From: Harriotta raleighana
Lineage: Eukaryota
NCBI GenBank assembly: GCA_050575255.1
Contig: JBNZDD010013718.1
Span: forward strand, 4,618,261 to 4,682,260
Reading direction: 5' to 3'
Length of the DNA: 64,000 nucleotides
In this document: piece after piece, positions 36,561 to 50,048 of the stretch
How the letters are laid out: each line of letters opens with the position of its first letter
Numbering within the stretch: position 1 is the stretch's first letter
Translations under genes and position numbers: made by a program
Notes under the pieces: generated by a model
Database searches by the model: none
Told to the model about the DNA's origin: nothing
Seen by the model: only the letters and a program-made list of their open reading frames with translations

Positions 36561-39193
36561 TTATAATAATAATTTGTTATCATATTTGGTAGAGGATAAG
36601 GAACTCCCAATTTTAAATCATTGTTAGATTTTTAAAAAGTGATGGGACACGGATGGGGATAAAAACATTACTGCAATGTTAAAGCACCTTTAGAAGACAC
36701 ACACTGATTTGTGTAGGTACTTTTTAATAATTAAGTCACACTTTAGATTCAAGTGTATATTGTAGTTAATCTGTGACTTTGAAGAACGCTTTTAACAATG
36801 TGATTTTTCACCATTTATTCCTAGTTTGTCGTGAAGTGACACTGAATATTAAATGTCGATTTTTTTATAGAAAAAAATTACTTTGAATTGTTAAGCAGCT
36901 GTCGGTATTATAATAAATAGTCAAAATAAAAGTGTCATGTTTCTATCACAGAGTAATGCAATGCATGGCACTCCAAAATGCCCGCTAATCAGTTTCATTT
37001 CCCTGGGCTAATTTTTTTTTAAAAAGTGTTTTGTTCGGCAGTCTTGTCATTAGGCAAGATATGTCATTTTGTCATTATAATTAAAAACTGAATGAGGACC
37101 TAAAATCCTCAGAAAATGGATGTGTGTGTGACTGTCCATCAGGCAAAATTGTGCAGTAAATACTGTTCTTTATCAAATCTGTTACTGGTATTGACATGAA
37201 AAATATCTCAAAACTAAAATCACAATTGATTGTGGAGAAATGCCATTATTACAACAACGACAACATGTATAAGGCGCTGTTTACAACTGATCTGATCGAA
37301 ATTTTGACAGTTGTATTTCATTGTGTCCACTTCAGTATCCTTCAGTAAAGATACTTTGGGTTGCCATGTCTTGCCCTATTCTGAAATATCCTCTATAATC
37401 CACTCATATGATTTAAATTAATGAAAGCTTCTATATTCATGCATACAAATGTATGACTGGTGACATTTATTCATTGAGCATGTTAGCATTTTGTACTTTA
37501 GATTTTTAAAAATGCAGTGAAATCCTTGAATACTAGCATAGAATTGTAAGAGCTTGCATTGTTGGAAAGGGGAAGCTTTATAATATGAACTTCATCCTTA
37601 GACGTCAGGAGTGTGATTCAGAGATCTTTACTTCATTCACATGATGTGGCCACTTTCAAATCTTTGATCAAATTGTGCATACATTACATCATGGCATATA
37701 ATCTGAACATGATGTAACTCACTGACTTGTGGATCTTATCTTTTGAAGATGGGGGTAGGAGGGGGTGGGAATCAAGGTGGTGGGCGACGATTCTTGTGGC
37801 TGATTGCTGGCAGAGAGCGCTGAGCGTTTTGAAAGTTGCATGTGTGTTTGATTGGACATCTCTCTGGAGTGTCCATNTTATAATAATAATTTGTTATCAT
37901 ATTTGGTAGAGGATAAGGAACTCCCAATTTTAAATCATTGTTAGATTTTTAAAAAGTGATGGGACACGGATGGGGATAAAAACATTACTGCAATGTTAAA
38001 GCACCTTTAGAAGACACACACTGATTTGTGTAGGTACTTTTTAATAATTAAGTCACACTTTAGATTCAAGTGTATATTGTAGTTAATCTGTGACTTTGAA
38101 GAACGCTTTTAACAATGTGATTTTTCACCATTTATTCCTAGTTTGTCGTGAAGTGACACTGAATATTAAATGTCGATTTTTTTATAGAAAAAAATTACTT
38201 TGAATTGTTAAGCAGCTGTCGGTATTATAATAAATAGTCAAAATAAAAGTGTCATGTTTCTATCACAGAGTAATGCAATGCATGGCACTCCAAAATGCCC
38301 GCTAATCAGTTTCATTTCCCTGGGCTAATTTTTTTTTAAAAAGTGTTTTGTTCGGCAGTCTTGTCATTAGGCAAGATATGTCATTTTGTCATTATAATTA
38401 AAAACTGAATGAGGACCTAAAATCCTCAGAAAATGGATGTGTGTGTGACTGTCCATCAGGCAAAATTGTGCAGTAAATACTGTTCTTTATCAAATCTGTT
38501 ACTGGTATTGACATGAAAAATATCTCAAAACTAAAATCACAATTGATTGTGGAGAAATGCCATTATTACAACAACGACAACATGTATAAGGCGCTGTTTA
38601 CAACTGATCTGATCGAAATTTTGACAGTTGTATTTCATTGTGTCCACTTCAGTATCCTTCAGTAAAGATACTTTGGGTTGCCATGTCTTGCCCTATTCTG
38701 AAATATCCTCTATAATCCACTCATATGATTTAAATTAATGAAAGCTTCTATATTCATGCATACAAATGTATGACTGGTGACATTTATTCATTGAGCATGT
38801 TAGCATTTTGTACTTTAGATTTTTAAAAATGCAGTGAAATCCTTGAATACTAGCATAGAATTGTAAGAGCTTGCATTGTTGGAAAGGGGAAGCTTTATAA
38901 TATGAACTTCATCCTTAGACGTCAGGAGTGTGATTCAGAGATCTTTACTTCATTCACATGATGTGGCCACTTTCAAATCTTTGATCAAATTGTGCATACA
39001 TTACATCATGGCATATAATCTGAACATGATGTAACTCACTGACTTGTGGATCTTATCTTTTGAAGATGGGGGTAGGAGGGGGTGGGAATCAAGGTGGTGG
39101 GCGACGATTCTTGTGGCTGATTGCTGGCAGAGAGCGCTGAGCGTTTTGAAAGTTGCATGTGTGTTTGATTGGACATCTCTCTGGAGTGTCCAT
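36561..39193. repeat. 1,316-bp duplication across N37877 (36561-37876 / 37878-39193); assembly artefact
   Basis: Apparently identical copies directly abut a single N. Confidence 0.92.
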
Positions 39194-39579
39194 TCTTCAA
39201 AACAAGCACAAAGGGATCGGAAGCCCAGCTGCACAAAAAAAAAACATCTGGTGTAGCAGTACAACGTTTGAATACAGGCTGCCCATTTTCCCAAATCTGT
39301 TTTTTTTCTTGGAGAGACTTGCAAATACTTATAGTGGTTTATTGCGGTAATTCAGTAAACTGCCCTGCGAAGATGGTTGGCAGATGAGAAGACATTTATC
39401 TGCTAACATTTTGGGCACTATTCCGATTGGGGGAAAGGTAAATGGTGACATACTAGTTGAAGTCCCAATTGTTTTGGTTCATGTTTCTGATCACTGTGAC
39501 CACCCCCAGTTGCCCCAGTTGCTCAGTAAAAGATGGCCTTCTTACTGATCGCTTTCTAGAGCTTTATCATGGAGTCTTT

Positions 39580-40349
39580 CTGCCTTGCCAAGCATCCAAG
39601 CCATTACCCGCCTTTGTTTCCCTCACCTCCGCAACATTGTCCGACTCCACCAACACCTCACCCCTCAGGCCACTGAAACCCTCATTCATGCCTTCATCAC
39701 ATCCAGGCTCAACACGCCAACACCCTGCTTGTCGGCCTTCCCAATTACTCCCTTCATAGACTGCAGATCATCCAGAACTCTGCAGCCTGTGTCCTCTACC
39801 ATTCCAAACTCTGCGACCCCAGCTCCCCCATTCTCGCCCAATTTGGTTGGCTCCCTATCACCTAGAGGATTCAATTCAAGATCCTGGTCCTCACCTTCAA
39901 AGCCCTGCATGGCCTCGCCCACCTTACATTTGTGACCTCCTAATCTCCTATCAACCTGTCCGCTCCACTCAGCAGGCTCCGGCCTACTCCATGTCTCTCG
40001 ACCCACCAGCCCCATAATCGGTAGGTGAGCCTTCAGCCACTCTGCTCCTCATCTCTGGAATTCCCTCCCGCAGGCCCTCTGCCTCACCCCCTACCTGGCC
40101 TCCTTCAAGACCCGCCTCAAGACTCTCACCTTTGATGGTCCCATCAGTTACCCCAAATCCCCAATTCCAACCCCAGCTTGGTTCTGAAACATTGACTGTC
40201 CAGGGCCTTGGGACTTCCTCCTGACATGAANAGTTACCCCAAATCCCCAATTCCAACCCCAGCTCGGTTCTGAAACATTGACTGTCCAGCGCCTTGGGAC
40301 TTCCTCCTGACATGAAAGGAGCTATACAAGTGTAATTATGTTGCTGTTG
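39580..40349 (+). mobile_element. 5'-truncated L2 LINE (ORF2 C-terminus, 3' UTR and tail); contains an 85-bp duplication across N40231
   Basis: HLRNIVRLHQHLTPQATETLIHAFITSRL is L2 ORF2. The tail is catgaaaggagctatacaagtgtaattatgttgctgttg. Confidence 0.92.
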
Positions 40350-40749
40350 CCTCTCCCTTAAGATATATCTTCATGACTGTGCTTTTGGCCACTTCTCCTT
40401 CCCTCTTGCCGCTCAAGAGCTCAGACCTTTTTGAGACATTGTTCTGACTTGAAAGGTGCAAAATAAGTGTTATTACTGAGTGATCATTAGATTCGCTTTA
40501 GAATAGATAAGGCTGTTTAGCACTGGAGCACTTTTTGTTCTTTTGTTTGAAGCAGGGAAAGTGATACCAGGTATGGTTCTCACATTGTATCTGCAAAGGA
40601 AAGTCAGTTATATTCTGCGTTATATGTCATTGAAGCTTCTTTTTTTCCCTGGTCTTCATTTTTTGAGGTTATAAACATACAGACTGTATCAAACTGTTTC
40701 AGTAACAATTGAAGAACTGAGTGTGGTAATTCTGGACACAATTTAATGN

Positions 40750-40797
40750 GCCGAATGGCCTCCTTTTGTGCCGTAAACTTCTATGAATCTAATCTAT
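40750..40797 (+). mobile_element. Extreme 3' end of a young CR1 LINE next to N40749
   Basis: gccgaatggcctccttttgtgccgtaaacttctatgaatctaatctat is the CR1 terminus with a TTCTATGA-like repeat; same subfamily as 60841-60955. Confidence 0.8.
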
Positions 40798-42800
40798 AAG
40801 AACTGAGTGTGGTAATTCTGGACACAATTTAATGAGGTCAACTGACTATGGACTATCAATCCTGCCAACAGCTTTGACAAAATGCAAAAACAAAGCCATT
40901 TTACCCGTGAAATGGTTCCCACGACACGCCCATGACTGTTTGTTCTGCTAGTAAAATGGGTCAAAGGAACCAAACAAACAAGAGAAAGCAAAAGAGATGA
41001 TTTTTGGAGGCACATTGAGTGTCGGCTTCAATGGTGATGTTATTTTGCAAATGGAACCTTTCAACTTTATTGACTGGAGAGCTAAGAGACCAGCAAAGCA
41101 GCTTTGGGCTGGTTGCTTTGTACACACCTTTCACAGGCACTGGGAAAAGGTGTGGGAGGGAGCCAGAAACTAGGGTGCAAAGTGTGACTTAAAAGAATGT
41201 GTTATGTGTGAAATTGCCTTCAACTCCAGCAATAAATATGACCAGAGTGGTTTCTCTAGCACTGGGACCATGAACATTATGAGCGATTCTGTGACTGAAG
41301 CCCCCATAAGTAACAACAACACTACTGTACTCCCAGGTTGTGTTGCCTTGGAGGAATTATAGTACATTGAAACATCAATCCACAAACATCCTGTTAAAAA
41401 AGCTGCACAGATACATCCTTACAAATGCCATACACAGAGCAGAACAACGAAATGGCAATAAATTCCAATTTCAAACAGTTCATTAAAATTAATGTAATGG
41501 GGGTTATTATCCCAATGGTTAATTGACTGACCTTTGGCAGAAAGTACATATAATGGGACATCCATTAAGTAGAAGTAACACACAAGACCCATTAGAATTT
41601 CAAACCTATAAGATTACGTTTATTGTAAAACAGCCACTGCTAATTTCAAGCAGAGCCATTAGGGAATGGGGATAGATGCTGTTAATGTTCAAAGCATGGG
41701 AAAGGGACCGATAAAGTTCAAAATACAACTGGAACCGATAAACTCAAAACATGTAAAGCTCTAATAAATTTAAAGCTCTTTGGGGGGCATTCAGTTTTGA
41801 GTTCAGCAGATTCATTAATTTCTCAACTCAAATTAACAAGCATCCCTTATGGGAGAGAACAAGCTTTGCCTTTGAATCAGTCCAGTGTCGTCTTGCCCTT
41901 TAATCAATACCAGTGCAGTGCTTGCATCTTCCTTCTAAACTGAGTATTCAGCTTGAAAAACCACAGAATTTGGTGTGTAGTGTTAAATGAGCCCACTGTA
42001 TTTATCAAGCTGCCTCCAGGCTTCCATAACTAGATTAACCAGTCTGCATATGTTTTCTTCTTGAAGCTAGAAACTACATTTTGTGCTCAGAATGCGAGCC
42101 TATGGAGGAGAAACGAGGGGCTATTAGGTATTTGCTACAAGGCAGCTGACAACATCTGTATCAAGCTACCTGGTAGTTTGGCATCATTGATGTTTTTTTC
42201 CACACATGGAGCCTCCATTCTAGTTCCTCTATTAATATATATACACAGTACCAATAGTATCAGGTCTCTTCATCACAGGGATCAATTGTATTGATTTAAC
42301 CTAATGAATTGCAAGAAGTCCTTCCAGTTGACAATTGCCTATCTGATTTCATGCCATAAAGTTAACTAATATTCTTACTTATGCTATCTCCTGGCAGTGT
42401 TGGTAGGAATATTCATTTATTCAGTTACTGAGGAAGTCATTTCTGTTCAGTTTAGATTAACTTTTTATTTAATTGCTGAGTGCTGTATGGTGGAAAGGAG
42501 TGTTGCCAGATGTGTTCTTGAGGTTTGACACTTATCTTAGACTCCAGTAAAGTAGACGTTCTGTCATTGAAGCAATAATGAAATTGAGCCTGATTCAGTC
42601 ATTGAGAGGACATCAAGTAGGGAATTCCCTGTCAGTGGGTCTGGAATGGAGATGTCCATACCAGTTGTTGCTGCCATAGCATTGAATCTGACAAGTACAA
42701 TTTGTAAGCCATCGTTCAAAATATAGAGTCATTATGGTAGATAAAATTAGATGTGCTGATATGCTTTCATCACCACACTGGTATATTGTCACATAATTTA

Positions 42801-42846
42801 GAGTCCTGTAGCTCAGTGGTTAGAGCATTCGACTTGCAAGCAAGCT
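42801..42846 (+). mobile_element. Isolated tRNA-like SINE head (box A only)
   Basis: gagtcctgtagctcagtggttagagc is identical to the start of 1633-1925, then the match stops. Confidence 0.75.
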
Positions 42847-45800
42847 GAACAAATATATGTAGTGCAACGTTAGATTGCGAGAAGCCCCTGTGTATTTGTA
42901 CCTGAAAATGCCTCGTAGAAAGTGATGAAGGAAGGGATTATTTTGAGCAGTTGTTTTGCCCACTGATTTTCCACATCAGGGACCTGCATTTAAAGTCAGG
43001 CCAGAATAGGACTCTGCTTGAAATAAATTTGGCCAGATATATTCTGGTTTCCTGATGTGTTGATGTGGGCCAACTGTTCGAATCAGGCAATCAGACAATT
43101 GTGGTAAACTCACTTAAAAGGAGTGTCTGTTTCAATCATACCCACTTTAGGGAGCCTGAAAATGATTGATAGGAAATATTGCGGAAAATTAGGATTCTAT
43201 GAGGATCACCCAAGGAGAATTGTGTAGCAATTCCTGTGAGACAAGTTGAGGGTATTGTGGAGTTGATAAGTTGACATCGAGAGTAAGCACACTTAGGAAG
43301 TCCTTCCTGCTCATATGCATCAGTTGACACAAACTGATTCCAACAATTTATTTGAATCTGTTAGATTTTTAAATTCCAATGCCCTTCCCTTTTGCCATAC
43401 ATCTTAAATCCCTACGACCCATAGGAATATAATACATTAAAAATTCAATATTGAATTTGTGATTTGTCTAAATAGCATCTGCCAAGTGTCCTCCATTTGG
43501 ATCTGACAACACAGTTCTTCCTCCATATAAATGTTGCTTGATTCAGAACTCAAGTTCGGTGAAAGGCATGTGTGCTGAGTGAAAAATGCCTGGTGTGAAA
43601 AAAAAAGTTACTTGAAAGCAATAAAAAAAAACAGCTGCAGGATTCTTCACGAGAGAGTCCCGGCTATCCTGGATAAGAGGACACAGGTGGACAGGCATTT
43701 GTGGAAAGAGAATAAGGAGGCTCACACAGTGAGCACTTTCACCATCTCCAACCTGAGCCAGAGTCTCAGTACTATCAGCCCCATGTCATCCACAGTGGTT
43801 ACAGTGGAATTCGTTAAGAGAAAGTACTTACTATTTATAACCCACAAAATTTTTTGGCATGATTATGATCCAGGTTCTCTCGCTTCCTTTCCATTTCTTA
43901 CTGTGAGAGTCCTCAGTCTCTCTCGCTGACCTGGCCACAACCTCTAGACTGTTTAGATTTTAAAATCCTGTATGAGTGAACTGAAGATAAGACTAACGTT
44001 TGAATGCAATTGATTTGAAAATCAATGAATGAATCAATCATTCAATCAATCAGGAAGTAACATCATGGCGACACAACAACCCAGAAGGTTTTATTTTTGT
44101 CAAGCTGGAAGTCAGCTGAGAGGTTTGCTGAACCTAACCACAAGACATCCATCTTATAAGAGCTGCGCTGTATCTTGAAGAAATAAAACTTAGGGCGACT
44201 TGTCGTTTTTTAAATCAATCTGTTTGCAATTATCTTTAATGTGTATTTTTTTCAAAAAATTGTAAAGACTGGTATTAATCAGAAATCAGCTTTAAACTAA
44301 CTGATCAATACTCGTTATATTGTGCATATTTACTTTTATTTTTGAGTTGTATTCAATTTCTTCACCTCAACTGCTAACGTTTGGTTTTTATTGTTTTCAA
44401 TTCAACTGTTTGAGTGTAACACTGAGCTCCTCCACTGTTTGAGAGCCAAAGCTCCTCTGTGAGGCAGTCAGTGCTGGAGTTTGCAGTTGAATTCAAACAC
44501 CAGTGACCTTGACTTCTAAATGTTTTGGTCTTGGATGGATTTTTTGCATCCACCACCAGCAAGGCAACAAATTGCTGAAACTCTTGAGATGTAAGAGGAT
44601 AATAAAGTAGCGTGGTTGGAGCAACTAATAGCTGCCAAGTCTTTCGCACCAACAGCTTTTCACTGAAAACAATCCCCCGCCTGCAAATAAATCAATCAGA
44701 ATTTCCCATACATTTATTAGATGGTACAGATTAATCATTGGGGCTAAAAATCCACTAGTCCAATTTATAGCCTGTGGTGGAAAATTCCATTAAAGAGGCT
44801 TTTAAAATAAATTGAGCGTGTAAAATATGAAACTGAACATATATTTAAACCAAAGAATTTACAGAAGTAGCTCATGTTGGAAGAGTGAGGTGGAAAGTGG
44901 ACATTTTTTTTTTGTAAAATACACATGCTGTTTGAAAGTAATCCTTCGGTGGACTGTAAAGCTATGGGCCTTTGTGATTGTGAACCCAAGAATGCAGCCA
45001 TGGAGAACCAATTAAGCTCCTACTTTACATGGACCTGTTATAAAGTGAGAATATCTCAGAAAATGCATTTAACCCAAACCCCTCCTGCACAAAAGGTTCA
45101 TTTTCCTCCCCTTTTATAAATGTAGCACAAATAATACCTGGATTAATATGGTCAGAATGAAGAACACAAAGAATAACCAACCAAGGCAATTAAAGAATCT
45201 CAGTGATATTTCAGATGAAAGATTTCAGCAAGTCAAAGTGTAGGATCCTTGGAAGTATGATGCCAATTTAATCTCTTCACCTCAACTTAACCCAGCAAAG
45301 GTGACCAATGCTCAGGAGCCATTTGAAGGGTGTAAACTGACTGAACTTTGTTTGAATCAAGTCATTTATACATTGAAAATTTACTTTCAACCAAGCAAGA
45401 ATGTTTTCAGGTGGTGTTTCAATGGAGATGCTCACTGGTAGGTTAGTGCAGGCACATTTCCTTTGATGCTCCTCACTAGTTTTTTTTGCCGATGTGAAAA
45501 CACATTCCAGTGGCTTTGAGGTTTACTTCTGCACAAACAGATCATCTAGCTTGAGTTTCTAAGAACAACAATGGTCACTTAATCTTTCATTCTGTGACAT
45601 CCCATTAAGGCCATTGGCTTCACAATTGATGTTTAATCACACTTTAATAGTTTATTTCGCTCTCCTCTCTTCCCCTCCACGGTATCCAAGCAAAACTGTT
45701 AATCTTGCTACAATCTATAACCATGCCATTTTATGTTTCAGTTGGCTTGTGTGTAAGATGTTTTTTTACTTGTAGATAATTCAAATAATATTATATTTGG

Positions 45801-45899
45801 CAAACATATTAAGAGATAATGAGGTGTGTACTGCAAATGAAACCAAATATACATAGAATGTTATATCTATTAAATTTGTTGCTGTAAAAAGAGACAATG

Positions 45900-45978
45900 G
45901 GTGAATTCTATGCAGTGCTAGGGGACATTTCAACGATGTGATAAGGTGCTCTATCAAATGCAAGGATTATTATCATTA
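45900..45978 (+). mobile_element. SINE 3' tail fragment
   Basis: gtgataaggtgctctatcaaatgcaaggattattat. Confidence 0.6.
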
Positions 45979-46520
45979 GCAGCAGTACAATCTTTCAAAA
46001 AAAATCTCATTCCTCTGTGGATTTGTTCTTTCGTCTGATCTGTAAATCACTTTGGTCTTATCTTGATTTTCTTGAATTGCTGTGGTTTGTCTAAATGTCC
46101 AGAAAGAAGAATTGAGTGCTCAATCATTTTGGTTCAGTCTTTTTGAGAAATATAATGGTGAAGTACAAACATTTTATACAAAATGCTAAAATGAAACAAT
46201 TGGATACAACACTACTTTTACCACTTTATTGTGAAATGAATATGTTATAGGATTAAATAAATCCTGAGACACAAATGTACATTCCTCCCAAAGTTTCCTT
46301 TATGTCACTGATGTTCTGAGTTTATTGGATCCTAGTTTGATGAGATCGCTGATTTGCTCTAAATGGCGCAATATTTTCTTATAAAGTGCCAGTAGAAATA
46401 TCTTCAGCATAAAATGCTTTTAATTCCCAGGAAGAGGCTGGGAAATTGGGAACTGAGGGATGTTTTTATTCTGCACACCTCCTCTTCTGGGAGAAAGCCA
46501 GAAACATTTGGCCTGGGAAC

Positions 46521-46545
46521 TGTGTGTGTGTGTGTGTGCGTGTGA
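46521..46545. repeat. (TG)n microsatellite
   Basis: tgtgtgtgtgtgtgtgtgcgtgtg. Confidence 0.85.
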
Positions 46546-48339
46546 CTGGGAAAGAGGGTTGGAGAACATTACTTAACAACATGAGGGATAAAAGAGGAAA
46601 ATGTAGTTATGATTCCAAACTATAGCAGTACTGTTGCATTGTAGGCCACTGTTATGTTGATGTAGTAGAAAATTGTTGTTTTTAGCACTTGTCGAAAACC
46701 AACATAATAAAGAATGGCAATTAATTTTTAGGCTTAGTGAAGATGGAAAGGAGTATATTCACTTCATGACTGTTTGTATACTGAAGTACACATTTGTCAG
46801 AACACTTGACAGTAATACTTCTCTCAAGTGCTTTGAGACAATCTGATGATTGCCAAAATGCTACAAAGTCCCCAAATGCAATGATTATTACTACAGCATT
46901 AGTAACTTGATTGGTATTGTTAGGGGTGCTGTCCTTCGTATACCGTGCCCTCGCGTGCAAAGTACACGATAGAGCATTGTCTGTTTGGTTTAAACATAAA
47001 ATTTGTCAGATAGAAGCACGCAGTTGATCCATTATTGTGACCTATTCATCAGGTTTTGGTTGAGGTAAGTTCTTCTTATTTATTAATTATTATTTATATC
47101 TATTTTTCCATTTCTTCTCATTGCTTCTTGCCATCATATGGCAGGAACAACAAAGTACTTTTTGTCTTTGGTACTAAACAAAATGAGCATCTTTCATTCT
47201 TTTATCTTTCAGTCATGTTCTGGAGCATTTCAAATTGAATTAATTGGAGATTCAATGCTCCAGTTGCCTCTCTTGCCATTTGTAACTATTTGTAAACAAA
47301 AGACACTCCCTTTTGAAAATTATATTCATTTTGGAATAAAATGCTCAACTGAAATTATGGAGATAATTGAGCTAAATGGGGCTTTTATACAGCCAGTGAT
47401 ATTGGGTTTGTAGCCCCACCTTGCCAAACTGATAAGTGTTTCAACAAAGTTATGGAATTAAGAAGATTAGAAATAATTGCAGTCTCTGATGTGCTTCCAG
47501 TTAGTTTGTGATGTGACGTGATAAGATACTTTGATGCCCAAGCCAAACCATTTAATCACCCCAAATGCTTTTTTTTAACTTGTGCTGAGACCACAGAGAA
47601 AAGACGCAACACGCTTTATTCTGTTTATACAAATGCTTGAGCCATTTAATTACGTAATCCAAACAATTCAAACTTTAAAAACTAATATTTAAGTTAACTG
47701 GTGATTAATGCTAAAATTTGCCATTTTTGGAAAACAACTTTCCTCCCACTCACAACCTCCAGAATTGTTCATAGATATTGATGGAGCAGGTTTGATGTGG
47801 AATATTTTGATCAGCTGGGAGTAAGACACATGTGGAAACCTATGACCACACTTAAATGTATTAAAACCATTCTGAGCATTCCACATACATATGTCACCAA
47901 TGTATAGAAATGGCCCTGTGTCTGAATGGAATGCACATTCTCTGTTGGTGAGAGCCAAGGCTTGGGGATGGCAGAATGTGCTCTGGCGCACTGCTTCAGT
48001 TTAACTAGCCAAAATTGCGCTGCATGAGAGCATTGTTTGGCTACTTTCCTGCTGCTTGTCCAGCCTGCACTACTCTACCTTTTGGGGATTTGGGACTTCA
48101 GGGGTAACAGGAGCTGAGTGGAAAGCTTTCCTGTCCCCAGGCTGACTGGTCTGTCACCAGTAGGTCCGTAGAGAACTGCAAACCTGGCTGGCTCAGGAAC
48201 CAGACTTCCAAGACTGCTGGCAGAGGGTTGACTCGATTAAGACGTTCTGTTGTCAGGCACGTCACCTCGGAGCCAGCTTAATTCCAAGGAGATCCTGCTA
48301 ACTTAAACTTTGCATTATCCTTGTCCTACACTACAATCA

Positions 48340-48416
48340 TTTTACCGTGCCTTGGGATGTCCTCCCGACATGAAAGGTGCTCTCTAAATGTGATTTTGTT
48401 GTTGTTGTTGTTGTTG
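48340..48416 (+). mobile_element. L2 3' tail fragment
   Basis: gccttgggatgtcctcccgacatgaaaggtgctctctaaatgtgattt(tgt)n. Confidence 0.8.
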
Positions 48417-49720
48417 CTCACTCTTCCACCTCTCTGCCCCCAATGACTGCCCCGCTGAGAAGTGAAAGGGCAGTATGTTTAACCTGCTAAACTCTCCAGA
48501 TGCAGTGATATTTTAATAAAGCATCTTTAACAAAATAAGCACCACACTGGGCAAAATCCCCTGAAATAGCTTAATTAGATGCAGCTTATATGGTTGGAAG
48601 ACTTTTAAAACAAAAACTTGGCTGGAATTTGTTCTTGCTGCAACATTGCCAACAAAGGTACTGGAAATAGAGAGAAACCAAGTCCCTGACATTTTATACA
48701 TAATTTCACCAGGTTTTGAGACTTTTAAAATAGTATAGAGCCCTTATGGGTGGCTTTAATTTGAGTTATTTCTAGTAGTGAGGAACTTGGTCATTTGCCA
48801 GTTTTGTACCGTGCACTTTGATTGACCTGAACCACCATAATTTTACAGTAGTTTTACTGTAGCAGTATCGACCCTGAACTATATTACTTCTTTATGAGCA
48901 ATTATGACTCTGAGAAGACACAAAAGCAGCACAAATTGGTAAATTTTCTTTGGTTTGTCTTCCAGATGAAACAATACAATTGACTTGATTTATGAAGCTG
49001 TTTTCATTGAGTATCACGATATTTAAAAATAAACTTTGCTGCTAATTTTGGCCATTTTTAAAAAGTCTATCTCTTATTCCAAATGAAGAATTCTTACCAC
49101 TGATATAGTGAGCATTATTTGTATGTACTGGCACAGCTCCCAAGATTTTTGCAAGGACTAATATTTATTATTTTTCATTCACGGTACTTAAAGTATTAAA
49201 AATTTCAAATTAAAACCCAGCCTTGCGAACATGAGATCAATAAATCATTTGAGCTCAGTCTGCTATTTATTATTTGGAATAAATGAAAACTCAATTTCCA
49301 AAACTTTTTTCACTGAGAAAAACATCCTTGCTTGATTCTATTCAGAGCAACTGAATAATCCCTCCTGTTACTTGCAACACCATGTGTACCTTCTAGTTGG
49401 TTCTAGTTGGTCTCTGATGTTGTTTCTTTCTTTTTTCACCTATGTCGTAGTTGTTTGGATAGGAAAAGATCATACCTGAAGCCACAAATGTAACTGAATG
49501 CTAATTCCTGTGCAACATTACAAGAGCTTTTTCCTCTCCATTTCTTCCGTACTTGTTTTGTTGCTACTGGGCTGGGGGACAGATGTTGGTGCTGTTTTTG
49601 TGCATCACAAAATGACATTGGTGTTCAGACTTGTGCTCTACCAGCTGCTCAGTAATGGAATAACTGAGCAAAGGTTTACCACTTGCTTTTGTGTTTAATG
49701 CAATTTGCACACATTAATGG

Positions 49721-50048
49721 TAATCCTCATTTGATATAGCGCTTTTCACGTCGGAAGGACGCCTTAAGCACTTGACAGGTTTTACTGCAAAGTTGAGTGA
49801 CTTTATTGTGTGGGAGAATGCGGCAGCCAATTTGCACACAGCAATGTTCCACAAACAACCATGACGCGATTAATCAATTTGGAGGATTGTTGGCCAGGAC
49901 AACAGGAGAAACTCCCTTCTCTCTTTCAGCAATGCCATGGGAGCTTCAGTGGTCCACACAGACTATATGAGTTCAAAGTCCCTATGTGGAGCTTGAATCA
50001 CAACCTTCTGACTCAGAGGCGAGAGTGCCCCAATTGAGCCAAGCTGAC
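49721..50048 (-). mobile_element. Near full-length SacSINE1-like Deu-SINE
   Basis: Tail, Deu core (gcggcagccaatttgcacacagcaatgttccacaaac) and tRNA-like head (cttgaatcacaaccttctgactcagaggcgagagtg..tgagccaagctgac). Confidence 0.85.

Noticed and set aside
42540-42720. Possible LINE endonuclease fragment on the minus strand (IVLVRFNA..TG...GNSLLDV)
   Set aside because: The resemblance to GDFNA/NGxxLL is too weak to call without a profile search.
44020-44090. Alternative promoter or first exon: (AATC/AATG)n, CAGGAAGT, ATCATGGCG Kozak
   Set aside because: There is no CpG island or signal peptide, and the nearest donor-like site (44088) is phase 2, incompatible with the phase-0 exon at 61200.
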